From: an uncultured virus (IMG/VR IMGVR_UViG_3300021142_000024)
Lineage: Duplodnaviria > Heunggongvirae > Uroviricota > Caudoviricetes
Virus record (IMG/VR): IMGVR_UViG_3300021142_000024
Span: 55,623 to 75,622 of that record
DNA: 20,000 nucleotides
Reading direction: 5' to 3' (one strand)
The notes below the pieces were generated by a model, which worked only from the letters and a program-made list of their open reading frames with translations, was not told the DNA's origin and searched no databases. Below are positions 9,000-17,973 of this stretch, in pieces. Both the position numbers and the translations under genes were made by a program. The stretch's first letter is position 1; each line of letters starts with the position of its first letter.

Positions 9000-10058
9000 C
9001 TATACTGCTATCTCACATGCATTTCCAGCACATGCCACTTGATCCTTAAGATCTGTATTATCATCTGACTCTATTACTTTTGATAAGTCTATATTTGTCA
9101 ATGATGTCATCATCTCTTCATATTTCTCCTTAGTGCAATCTTCAAAAGGTGCTTGGATATATGTATGATCTGAAAATGGAAGTACTGAAAGTCCATTATA
9201 ACAATTCTTATTCTCCCACATCCAATTACCAACTTCCTCCCACTCATTATCTTTAATTGATACTGTTGCAGAAATATTATGCGTATTTTGTCCAGTGATA
9301 TGACCAGGCTTAATCCAATATTCGTAAAAATGTTTTACTCTATTTAAAAGATCTAATGCTGATTCTGTTCTTAATATTGACCCTTGTGGAGCTCTTTGAG
9401 GTACTGATATTACTGCTGTATCATGTGGTCTAAAGTATTCATCTTGTACCAGCTCTGGATGATATATGCTTAGATATGTATAGATTGCTTCATTCTTACC
9501 TACTCTTATATTCCTGATATAATATTCATTATGCCATGCATGTATGCCAGAAGATGTGCCCAGGACTAAAGAAGATGTGCCTGAGGGTTTTATTGTAGTA
9601 CAACGAGCAGCAGAATTAATTCCTATGATTTTAGCCACCTCTAAATTAGTGCTTTTTACTATATTTGAGGCCATTTCAAGATCTAAATTTTGAACAACTC
9701 CAGATCCAATACCAGTCATACCAACTCCTATAAGTGCCTCTTTTTCTGTAGTTCTCTGCCAAACTGATCTAAGATAGTGGAAATTTGTATAACCAGCTTG
9801 TAATGTTCCAATTAGTGCAGCTGCTTTAACTCTTTTATTAAGATCTGCTTGATCTACTACATCTGATACATTTACTTCACATAAATTACAGAATTGGAAA
9901 GGACGTAGTGCAATTTCACAACAATTATGTACTAGTAATCCATTAGCAAAGAAGTTGTGATTTTTCTTCATACTAATATCATATACATCCTCATTTGATA
10001 CTATACTCTTTTTTATTATTTTTATTTTGGTAATTCCAGTAATCGAATTTCTTTCCAT
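9000..10058 (-). CDS. nrdJ: class II ribonucleotide reductase, C-terminal half, fused to the C-part of a split intein
   Basis: Residues 1-45 are IntC (VYDISM..NHNFFANGLLVHN). The extein then reads CCEIALRPFQFCNL, IGVGMTG, TTIKPSGTSS and C-terminal CAGNAC. Confidence 0.95.
   Translation of the reverse strand: MERNSITGITKIKIIKKSIVSNEDVYDISMKKNHNFFANGLLVHNCCEIALRPFQFCNLCEVNVSDVVDQADLNKRVKAAALIGTLQAGYTNFHYLRSVWQRTTEKEALIGVGMTGIGSGVVQNLDLEMASNIVKSTNLEVAKIIGINSAARCTTIKPSGTSSLVLGTSSGIHAWHNEYYIRNIRVGKNEAIYTYLSIYHPELVQDEYFRPHDTAVISVPQRAPQGSILRTESALDLLNRVKHFYEYWIKPGHITGQNTHNISATVSIKDNEWEEVGNWMWENKNCYNGLSVLPFSDHTYIQAPFEDCTKEKYEEMMTSLTNIDLSKVIESDDNTDLKDQVACAGNACEIAV
9924..10058 (-). mobile_element. split intein C-fragment (45 aa)
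   Basis: Block F VYDI, block G HNFFANGLLVHN, followed by +1 Cys. Lysine-rich. Confidence 0.93.
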
Positions 10059-10885
10059 TTTTTTAAATAGTTTATATTTTTTATTTTATATAAATTAATA
10101 TTCTGTATTAATGATACTTGTGTATTTATAACTTTTTTAAGTTTTTCAACTTTATAAGAATTAACAGTTAAATATCCCTTTATTTCTACGATAGCATTCA
10201 AATTATCATACTCATCATAAATAAAAAAATCTGGAGTATATTTAGTTCCATCATCTAATTTATAACTTTTAATTTCTGTGTCCCACTTCAGTTTATTTTC
10301 AGTTAGGTATTCAGCAAATATATACTCATAGGAACTTCTTAGCCAAACCCATTTATTTAAAATTCTATTATAATAATACCCCTGAACGCCTTTCCCATTA
10401 GAATTTTTTATTTTTAAATTTCTTCTAATTTCTTCATTGAACCACCCAGAATTCGACGCATATTCTTTTTTTGACTTATTTTTTCTAAAATTATTTAAAG
10501 ATTTATTTTCTATATTAGATTTATTAAGTTCTAATCCTAAAAAAATTAAAAATGATCTTGTTAGAGTATATCCAAGATTTAAAATAGAATTAATCCTTTT
10601 AATACCAAATCCTTTAGAATATTCTCTATAGATAATATCATAAGCTTTTTTAATAATATCTTTATTTTCAAATTTCCAAATATCTCTTAAAAATAAACGC
10701 CTGTTTGAAGCTCTACTAGAATTCCCTAATTCGATAATTCTTTTAGTCGAATATAATTTATAAAGTTGCTTATACTCATCAGATATTTTTATATTACAAC
10801 CTTTCTGAAATCTACCATACGATTCATTGTATACATCTAATATAAATTGAACTTCTTCTTTTGTAAAATTGGGGTACAAATCCAT
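10022..10885 (-). CDS. putative homing endonuclease of PD-(D/E)XK type between the split-intein halves
   Basis: C-terminal RSSYE...YTPDF...IVEIKG (TnsA-N/T7 endonuclease I-like active-site pattern) after a basic N-terminal region. Lower GC than the flanking nrdJ halves by eye. Confidence 0.8.
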   Translation of the reverse strand: MDLYPNFTKEEVQFILDVYNESYGRFQKGCNIKISDEYKQLYKLYSTKRIIELGNSSRASNRRLFLRDIWKFENKDIIKKAYDIIYREYSKGFGIKRINSILNLGYTLTRSFLIFLGLELNKSNIENKSLNNFRKNKSKKEYASNSGWFNEEIRRNLKIKNSNGKGVQGYYYNRILNKWVWLRSSYEYIFAEYLTENKLKWDTEIKSYKLDDGTKYTPDFFIYDEYDNLNAIVEIKGYLTVNSYKVEKLKKVINTQVSLIQNINLYKIKNINYLKKWKEIRLLELPK

Positions 10886-10910
10886 GTTATTATTTTACAA
10901 TAAATATCAA

Positions 10911-11261
10911 TTAAATTGAGATTAATACATCATCTTCAATTAATTTTGCTGCTTCTATCCAACCTCTATTTTCTGTATAGACTCTATGATCTGGAGTAAG
11001 TTTTATAGTTTGTCCATTATCTAAACTTAATTCTATTAATTCTGCATTTTCTTTTGTCTTTTTAGCCCAATTCATATAATCATATTCTAATTCCTTCGTA
11101 TCTTCATTAAATGTTAATACCATAGGAGGATAATCACTAGTTTCATATAAATCTACTAATATCTTCATTGGAATTTGATATACTACTCCTTCAGATAAAG
11201 ATTCATTTCCAGATACTCCATTGTGATCTTTTACAGTAATTAAAGAATCTCCTGAAATACA
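10911..11261 (-). mobile_element. split intein N-fragment (116 aa)
   Basis: Begins CISGDSLI (block A) after GTNP. Block B is LTPDHRVYT..GWIEAAKL...D. Acidic, ends at a stop. Confidence 0.93.
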
Positions 11262-12197
11262 CGGGTTTGTACCCCAATCTTTATCATTATTTAAGTAGAT
11301 ACCAGGCTCTCCACTGCCTGAATTTTTAATCTTATCCCAAAGACTCATAAAGAATTCTTTGGTTATTTTATTTCTAAGAAGTACTGCTGAGTTATTTGCT
11401 CTGCCACGTTGAGGATTAAGTTCCCACCAATTTCCAGATTTACAAGAAATCATTTCATCGTCATCAGCAGAAAATAGAGAAATCAGCGCAGCTCTACGAA
11501 TGCCTCCGGCTAATACTGCATCTGCAATATGACACACCATATCATGCACTTCTATTGAAGATAATTTATCTCCATTCTCCTTTTGACTTAATATGCTCTC
11601 TAATTTAAATAGACACTCTTTTAGTGGTTGAGGTCCTGGTGCTTTACCTCCTGAAGTAACAAGTGCTGCACCTTTAGGTCTAATATCAGAGAAATCAAAT
11701 TCTAGAGATGAGCTGCCTTCAAAATAAGATTTTACTAGAGCTTTTACTGCATCTGCCCAGCCTTCAATAGAATCATTGATTAAGAATCTCTTTTTTCTCT
11801 TTTTATTTGGAAGTTTTATCTCTGGTAACTTTTCTACGTGATGTTTTTGTACTGAAAATCCCACTCCAGTTCCACCTAGTAAAAGAAACATAATCTCTGA
11901 AAATGATCTATAATCATCTATAGGCAGATATGCACAGTTATAAATTCTATTTGGATTGATTTCGATAGACTTTCCTCCAAATTGAAGGCTTCTCATAGAA
12001 GGAAGTACTTTCTTGTCATAAACTAATTCATATGCATCTTCAATCTCTTTAGTTAATTGAGGGTACTTTTTAAGATGCATTTCCATGTTTCTCGTAACTA
12101 GATCTTCCCAAGTCTCTCTTCTTTGTAATTGCGGCAGATATTTTGAGTATTTCATATATACTGTAATATCTGATAATATTTTCTGTTCTATATTCAT
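10911..12197 (-). CDS. nrdJ: class II (B12-dependent) ribonucleotide reductase, N-terminal half, fused to the N-part of a split intein
   Basis: RRETWE, PSMRSLQFGG, YNCAY, GTGVGFS, IRPKG, GGIRRAALI, GEPG and GTNP, followed by IntN. Confidence 0.95.
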   Translation of the reverse strand: MNIEQKILSDITVYMKYSKYLPQLQRRETWEDLVTRNMEMHLKKYPQLTKEIEDAYELVYDKKVLPSMRSLQFGGKSIEINPNRIYNCAYLPIDDYRSFSEIMFLLLGGTGVGFSVQKHHVEKLPEIKLPNKKRKKRFLINDSIEGWADAVKALVKSYFEGSSSLEFDFSDIRPKGAALVTSGGKAPGPQPLKECLFKLESILSQKENGDKLSSIEVHDMVCHIADAVLAGGIRRAALISLFSADDDEMISCKSGNWWELNPQRGRANNSAVLLRNKITKEFFMSLWDKIKNSGSGEPGIYLNNDKDWGTNPCISGDSLITVKDHNGVSGNESLSEGVVYQIPMKILVDLYETSDYPPMVLTFNEDTKELEYDYMNWAKKTKENAELIELSLDNGQTIKLTPDHRVYTENRGWIEAAKLIEDDVLISI

Positions 12198-12272
12198 TAT
12201 TAAAATTTTGACAATATTTTATACTTTGGGCTCTGAGATGAGTCCATTAATTAGATCAATATTTTTAAAATA

Positions 12273-12473
12273 TTATTGACCTGGAGTCTTTGGATTTGAT
12301 ATTTTAGAAGGTCCTATTGTAGACAGTCTATTCAATTTGCTAGTGCTAAGTGAATTTTGATTAGTTGCATTTAATGCAGCAACACTGTCATTATATTTAC
12401 TAGGCGCATCAGTTGTTCTGTAATTATTGTTCTTAGTTGCCTTTTTAAATAGATCTATTATAAAATTTGCCAT
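12273..12473 (-). CDS. hypothetical protein (66 aa)
   Basis: Co-oriented ORF with the TATTTAT motif upstream. Confidence 0.65.
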   Translation of the reverse strand: MANFIIDLFKKATKNNNYRTTDAPSKYNDSVAALNATNQNSLSTSKLNRLSTIGPSKISNPKTPGQ

Positions 12474-12510
12474 ATGTTAGTTTTTTTTCTTCGTAATAAT
12501 AAATATACAA

Positions 12511-13887
12511 TTATTTTGATAATTCAAAGAATTTTTTACTTAATATTGCTTTTTCTTCAGAAGATAATCCTGTTTTATCTTGAGTTTGAGCTGATGCTGC
12601 TGCCATGGTTCTGATTTCTTCTTCAGTTAGTTCTTTATCATCTATTTGTATAAACCCATTATCTGTGTCTATTATAGCATTATATGTCATACCATCACTA
12701 CCATATCTGTTTTTCATAATATGTACTCTACCAGTTTTATTGATCTTATCAGCTCGTTTTCTTGATAACGACATAATAAAATCTGCAATCATGATCTTAT
12801 TATATGAACCAGCAGCCTTGTCTCCTTCTACAATATCATCTTTAGCACCTTGACGATTAACTTGACTTACTGACCATATTGGAGTATTAAGCTCTCTTGC
12901 CATGCCTTTTATTGCAGTATACACATCATCTATTTCATCTTTTATTTCACCGCCAACTCTCTTCGACTTTAATAGATCTATATAGTCGATAATGATTAGA
13001 TCTGGCTTGTGTCCCATGTCTGTGCATTTTCTAATATGAGATTCTACTGCATTTACAGTAGTTTTACCCATCGGGTATTCTGCAATAGTTAATCGACCTG
13101 GGAGATTGCTTACTACCTCTTCTACCTTCTCTCTATGTAAGTGTATTTCTTTAAATCCTATTCCTGTAAATACTGAGTCATATCTTTTACCTGTGTAGAT
13201 GTCTGATAGTTCTAATGTATAATGATTTACTGTTAAACCATTCTTTACAGCCTCTGCTCCCAAATTTATTAAAAACCATGATTTACCTGAGCCTGGTCCA
13301 CCAAATATAATACCAAGATCTCCTCTTCCTAGTCCACCCATAAGATGATCACTTATATTCTTCCATGGAGTTGGTACTGCCCGTCTATCATCTTCTCTAT
13401 ATCTTTGTTCAATGTCTTGAAGATACTCGTGTCCTATATTCTTATCAGCTCCAGCTTTAAGTGCAGAGTCTATTATTATTCTTATATCTTCAAATTGACC
13501 TTTAGACAGCAGATCTACTGAATTAAGTAGTGCTTTTTTGAGTTGTTGATTTTTACAAAAATTAGAAAATTCCTGCTCAATATAAAGATGATCCTCATTT
13601 GATGCTTTAAGTGCCTCCTTAACCTGTTCTGCTACTGAGACTTTAAGCACTTCATTTTGTATCTTCTTTACTTCTACTTGTAAAAATTCTATAGATGGAT
13701 TTGTATGATATTTGAAATAGTACCTTAAAGTCTCTTTAACAATCCATTGTGATGCTGGACTATCAAACATCTCTGGCTCTACAACATCACTGATATTCTG
13801 TAAAAATTCTCTATGTTTTAAAAGAGAATTAAGAACTTTTGTTTGAAAACCAGACCCATAAGAATTTAAGGAGTTTAATTGACTCAT
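12511..13887 (-). CDS. dnaB: replicative SF4 DNA helicase (DnaB/gp41-like)
   Basis: Walker A GGPGSGKS, YTLE, IIIDYIDL, SVSQVNR and KNRYG. Confidence 0.95.
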   Translation of the reverse strand: MSQLNSLNSYGSGFQTKVLNSLLKHREFLQNISDVVEPEMFDSPASQWIVKETLRYYFKYHTNPSIEFLQVEVKKIQNEVLKVSVAEQVKEALKASNEDHLYIEQEFSNFCKNQQLKKALLNSVDLLSKGQFEDIRIIIDSALKAGADKNIGHEYLQDIEQRYREDDRRAVPTPWKNISDHLMGGLGRGDLGIIFGGPGSGKSWFLINLGAEAVKNGLTVNHYTLELSDIYTGKRYDSVFTGIGFKEIHLHREKVEEVVSNLPGRLTIAEYPMGKTTVNAVESHIRKCTDMGHKPDLIIIDYIDLLKSKRVGGEIKDEIDDVYTAIKGMARELNTPIWSVSQVNRQGAKDDIVEGDKAAGSYNKIMIADFIMSLSRKRADKINKTGRVHIMKNRYGSDGMTYNAIIDTDNGFIQIDDKELTEEEIRTMAAASAQTQDKTGLSSEEKAILSKKFFELSK

Positions 13888-13894
13888 AACTTTT

Positions 13895-14923
13895 TTATTT
13901 GTATTTTGCTATTTCGTTAAAATTTGTATATAACCAAGATTGTAAATTTGTAATGCTTGCTCCTAGTTGATCTTCATTATATAGAGAAGTAAATATTGCA
14001 GGTTCATATCCTTTATTAGGATTTTGTATCATTGAGTCTATTTCAATCTTTGAATCTTCTGGAATATTAGGTTCATCTAAATCCATTAATTGTCTATTGA
14101 TCTCTAATTGATTTTTAAAAGCGTATATCTTTTGCAATATTGGTACTTCACTATCTTTGCATTTGTTTATAATATGCTCTAGATTAATAGTACGTAATTC
14201 TCCTAATTCTGGAAAATGCTTTAACAAAGTCTTAGGACCTAATCCTTTAACTCCAGGAACATTATCGCCCTTGTCTCCAAGTAGTATCTTCTGAGTTAAG
14301 AAATTATTAGATGTGACTTCGTACTCACTTAAGACGTCTTTTGGAGAATAGAATTTTTTCTTTGTTGGAGAGTAAATACTTATTCTATCTGATGCTAGCT
14401 GTAGATAATCTCTGTCTGAAGACATAATAGTTACCTCTTTTCCTATATGTTTTGCTATATATCCTATGACATCATCTGCCTCTATCTTGTCTATTGATAG
14501 TAGATCTACTGGAAGACATTTGAGATAGTCTATGAGCCTCAGAAGCTGGTTTTTAATAGCATCAGATTCTTCATCTTGTGAATCAAATATATCCCAATTT
14601 GTAATGCGTTTTACTCCTCGATTGGCTTTGTATTCAGGGTAGAGGTAGCGCTTATTTGTAGAACTACCTCTACCATCGAATACTATTATGACACGTGTTG
14701 GTCTTACTAGTCTCATCCCATATGCCATAGACTTAAGAAACCCCGTTAGTGCTCCTATATGCTGCCCTGCTGGATTTACATGCTGGATCATTGCAAAGGA
14801 TCTTAGAAAGTTGTTGAGTTAAAGACCGTCGACTATGAAAACCTTTGAATTCAGGCTTAAGTCGACGGTCTGTGTATTATTTTGTGAAAGATCATTTATC
14901 ATTTCTGCATATCTACTATTCAT
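13895..14923 (-). CDS. 5'-3' exonuclease/flap endonuclease (PolI N-terminal/T4 RNase H-like); probable start at 14923 with an in-frame TAA at 14819-14821
   Basis: The ORF-track part has VFDG, YPEYKANR, EADDVI, SSDRD and GDKGDNVPGVKGLGPKT. The in-frame upstream segment from ATG 14923 (1 nt after the previous stop) supplies the missing first motif: KVFIVDGL*LNNFLRSFAM. Confidence 0.88.
14823..14871 (-). promoter_or_regulatory. GC-rich mRNA hairpin immediately 5' of the internal stop codon (candidate recoding signal)
   Basis: Perfect 12-bp inverted repeat AGACCGTCGACT (14823-14834) / AGTCGACGGTCT (14860-14871). The 25-nt loop can form a further AAGCCU/AGGUUU stem. Confidence 0.75.
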
Positions 14924-14924
14924 A

Positions 14925-15503
14925 TTATATTTTTATTTTTTCAGCTTCATTAGGAACTGAATAATATTCAAAGTGACCTCTTACTATAATACATCTATGA
15001 TTGGGTACTTTTTCATAACTTTCCATATTATCTATTATATCATCTAATGTATCATGGATCGATTTCCTATAGTTAATATTTCCAAATGCTATATCATCTT
15101 GATGACCCACCATATCATATACTAGCACTATTTTCTTTTCTGGTATAAATGATTCAGGGTTATAGATAACTGGAGTTACATATGATCCAGGCATTGTATT
15201 AATAAAATCTTTTTCGTACAATTCTGGAGTTAAACTTATCTTATACAGATAACATTTTTTTCCAAATTTAGTCCCTTCATGAAGTATTATTGTTTTTGCC
15301 GAAATAGTATCTATTTTATCTCCTAAAGTAATATGTGCTACTGGAAGATTCATAATCTCTATTTCAGTGTCCTTAAACTCTTCACATTGTTTAAGTTCAT
15401 CTACCATAGTCATTAACTGTTCTGGTGTAAGTTCTAGATCTTCTTTCTTAGTCCAGAATTTCGCATCTTCTTTTTTCTTTAATATAAAATCTTTTAGTGT
15501 CAT
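14925..15503 (-). CDS. hypothetical protein (192 aa)
   Basis: Tightly packed, co-oriented ORF with no recognised motif. Confidence 0.8.
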   Translation of the reverse strand: MTLKDFILKKKEDAKFWTKKEDLELTPEQLMTMVDELKQCEEFKDTEIEIMNLPVAHITLGDKIDTISAKTIILHEGTKFGKKCYLYKISLTPELYEKDFINTMPGSYVTPVIYNPESFIPEKKIVLVYDMVGHQDDIAFGNINYRKSIHDTLDDIIDNMESYEKVPNHRCIIVRGHFEYYSVPNEAEKIKI

Positions 15504-15512
15504 GTCTGTATT

Positions 15513-16610
15513 TTATTCTTCTGAATTATCTATTATGCTAGCATTATCATCTTCCTCTTCTGTAATATCAAAATCACCACTTCCAAGTATTTTAAGCCAC
15601 TCATGAGCATGCTCTTTTTTATATTTCTCAATATCGGCTTTATTAGTTTTATCATCATCTATAAATCCGTGTACAGTTACAAGTAATTTTCCAGCAGCAG
15701 TAATCCCAGTAATGTGATTTTTATCACAACTCAATCTAGTTCTTTTAGCAAATTCAACAGTTTTACCGTTTTTAGTAGCGCTAATTTTATTAGTACCCGC
15801 TTTACTTATACCTCCAAATGTAATTACTAATGAAGAATCAAACCACATTGTATTACCACCTTTATTTTGTAAAGTGGGCTGTCCCATTCTCACTTCTGGT
15901 TTTGCAACCCATACTTTATTTATAGCTACAAGGGTATTAGTATATGGTTGACTTTCTTTTCTAGACATGATAATTCTTTGATTAATAAAATTACCAAATT
16001 GAGTCGACATAGCACCAGCATTCCATTCATTATTATTGGAATTAGACTCTATACTTAGTCTACATGGTATTGATCCTACAGAATCCCAAAAGAAGCAAAT
16101 ATTATATGGTAGATTGCCTTTCTTTTGTTCATCTAGAACATCAGATATAAATGCAGCAACATCTTCTACACAATTCATTTTTTCACGATCTACATAGATA
16201 AAAAATCCGCTATAATCTACTACTTCCCCAGTCTCTTGATTAACTACTTCATCAAATTGCAAACCCATTGTCTTAGCATGATCCCAAGACCACTTCATCT
16301 CAGTAATTATAAACACTGGTAATATTCCAAGTCTTTGAGCACTAACGGCCGCTTCAAGTAGAGCTGTTGTCTTTCCTGTATCACTATGACCTCTAAGCAG
16401 AGTAATATGACCCATAGGAATACCTGGAATTTGTAATGTGTCTTTAAAAGCACTCGAGAGTGGAATCCACCTAGTCTCTTTAAACTTTACTGATGTTGAT
16501 GCGAGGTTTTTTGACTTTTTAAATTTGTCAAGAGGTGATATATTACTATCTGATTTGATAGCATCTGAGAGCGCTCCAGTAAGCCCCTCTTTTTTCTTTG
16601 TTGTTGCCAT
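15513..16610 (-). CDS. recA: RecA/UvsX-like recombinase
   Basis: GIPMGHITLLRGHSDTGKT (Walker A), FIITE, FFWDSVG (Walker B), AIN and KGG. Confidence 0.9.
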   Translation of the reverse strand: MATTKKKEGLTGALSDAIKSDSNISPLDKFKKSKNLASTSVKFKETRWIPLSSAFKDTLQIPGIPMGHITLLRGHSDTGKTTALLEAAVSAQRLGILPVFIITEMKWSWDHAKTMGLQFDEVVNQETGEVVDYSGFFIYVDREKMNCVEDVAAFISDVLDEQKKGNLPYNICFFWDSVGSIPCRLSIESNSNNNEWNAGAMSTQFGNFINQRIIMSRKESQPYTNTLVAINKVWVAKPEVRMGQPTLQNKGGNTMWFDSSLVITFGGISKAGTNKISATKNGKTVEFAKRTRLSCDKNHITGITAAGKLLVTVHGFIDDDKTNKADIEKYKKEHAHEWLKILGSGDFDITEEEDDNASIIDNSEE

Positions 16611-16627
16611 TAAAACCTTTTATATTA

Positions 16628-17452
16628 TTATATTTTAAATAAATCATCTATCTCTTTATCTACATCTGTCTTCTTTGTACTTAAAGAGTAGCTCTTTTTT
16701 GGCTTCTGCTCTTCTGTTTTTTCCCAAGGTAGATCTCCTACTGTAGAATCTTCATCTGATTCTTTTACGGTTGGTGTTTCAGTCTCTTCTTCTGGAGTAA
16801 GATGAGATTGTAGAGCTGACTTCATTTCCTCATAAGTGTATTTCTTAAATTGATCAAGTGGATTTGGTTGATTTGAAAGCCAATCTTTAACTTGAGCTGC
16901 ATTATCAGAAAGTGGGGTTGATTTACCGCGAACACGTACTTTAGATTGATTGTAATTTGTACCATTTGTTTCTGGTGCAGTTGTTTCTATAGTAATATCA
17001 CGACCAGACATTACATCTGTGTAATCACCTACATCCTCATCTTCTGCAATAGCGAGTAATTCCATAAATACCTGCTTACCAAATTCCCAAAGACGTACGC
17101 CTTTATCTTCCTCACCACGTACAATTACAGGCACAAATACTCGCATTTTTGATTCAAGTTTTTTTGCAAGCTGCCAATCTTCTTTGTTTCCACTCTTACG
17201 TAGCTTTTGAGTAAATTCAACAATCGGATCTTTTTCTCCAAAATTCACTGGAGAGATCATTGTCTTGTTATTAATCCCGTAATAGATTAATACCTCTTTA
17301 AATGGATTTGATTTGTCATACGCGCTAGGTAGGATCCTAATTGAATGTTTACCTACGGTAGGTCTCCAAAGAGTCTTATTTTGCTCTTTATTACCACCAC
17401 CTTTTGGATTTTGTAGAGCCTGAAGACGACTCTTTAATGCATCAATGTTCAT
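16628..17452 (-). CDS. ssb: single-stranded DNA-binding protein (gp32-like)
   Basis: WRP...IRILP, DPI.E, VRLWEFGKQV and GRDITI, with an acidic C-terminal tail DVDKEIDDLFKI. Adjacent to recA. Confidence 0.85.
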   Translation of the reverse strand: MNIDALKSRLQALQNPKGGGNKEQNKTLWRPTVGKHSIRILPSAYDKSNPFKEVLIYYGINNKTMISPVNFGEKDPIVEFTQKLRKSGNKEDWQLAKKLESKMRVFVPVIVRGEEDKGVRLWEFGKQVFMELLAIAEDEDVGDYTDVMSGRDITIETTAPETNGTNYNQSKVRVRGKSTPLSDNAAQVKDWLSNQPNPLDQFKKYTYEEMKSALQSHLTPEEETETPTVKESDEDSTVGDLPWEKTEEQKPKKSYSLSTKKTDVDKEIDDLFKI

Positions 17453-17511
17453 AAATATAACAGTTTATTTTAAAAGAAAATAATATTAATCCTCTAGATA
17501 GGAAAATAAAT

Positions 17512-17946
17512 TTATAAAGTCGTATTAATTATCTTATGTACGACAGTATTTAATTTCTTAAAATCTTGCCCTTGAGTAAGCAGAACGCTATTTTTATATT
17601 CTGTCCAGTTTATAGGATATTTGGTATCTAAAACTCCAGAATTAAGACTTGAAATTAATATATTGAGAGCGTTGATTGTATATAGAGTGTTTGTTTCTTT
17701 TTTTCTGTGGAGTAGAATTGTATTTGATAATACTGTAGCTTTACCTCCTTCAATCTCTATATTATAAGTACACATATACTCATCTATCTCTGGGGAAGCT
17801 AGTATAAATATTTTGCCATACATGATTTTATATTGAGAATTTATTTCTCTTAATCTCTCATCAAGTAGGTCTTTTGATGTAAAGCTACAAAATAATCTAT
17901 TTGCCAAACTTTGTGGTGTTATTGTTACTATTTTATAATTCTGCAT
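17512..17946 (-). CDS. conserved hypothetical phage protein (144 aa)
   Basis: LFCSF...CTYNIE...HRKKETNTLYTINALN. Directly upstream of ssb. Confidence 0.8.
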   Translation of the reverse strand: MQNYKIVTITPQSLANRLFCSFTSKDLLDERLREINSQYKIMYGKIFILASPEIDEYMCTYNIEIEGGKATVLSNTILLHRKKETNTLYTINALNILISSLNSGVLDTKYPINWTEYKNSVLLTQGQDFKKLNTVVHKIINTTL

Positions 17947-17973
17947 AACCTTTTATGTTTATAAATATACTAA

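Noticed and set aside
9924..11261. Group I intron or pseudogene interpretation of the interrupted nrdJ
   Set aside because: Both halves carry complete intein motifs with exact junctions, and there is no non-coding room for a ribozyme core.
12205..12250. NrdR box or cobalamin riboswitch upstream of nrdJ; short hairpin TGGGCTC/GAGTCCA
   Set aside because: Poor match to the NrdR consensus, a gap too short for a riboswitch, and a weak stem that is mismatched on the coding strand.
14819..14821. Genome-wide stop-codon reassignment as the explanation for the internal TAA
   Set aside because: TAA terminates many clearly complete genes here (groEL, groES, dnaB, recA), and readthrough would add two residues to a tightly spaced motif.
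2148..17452. Bacterial chromosome origin (groEL, recA, polA, dnaB)
   Set aside because: Divergent motifs, a stand-alone 5' nuclease, a gp32-like SSB, free-standing endonucleases and the single-strand gene order all indicate a large phage.
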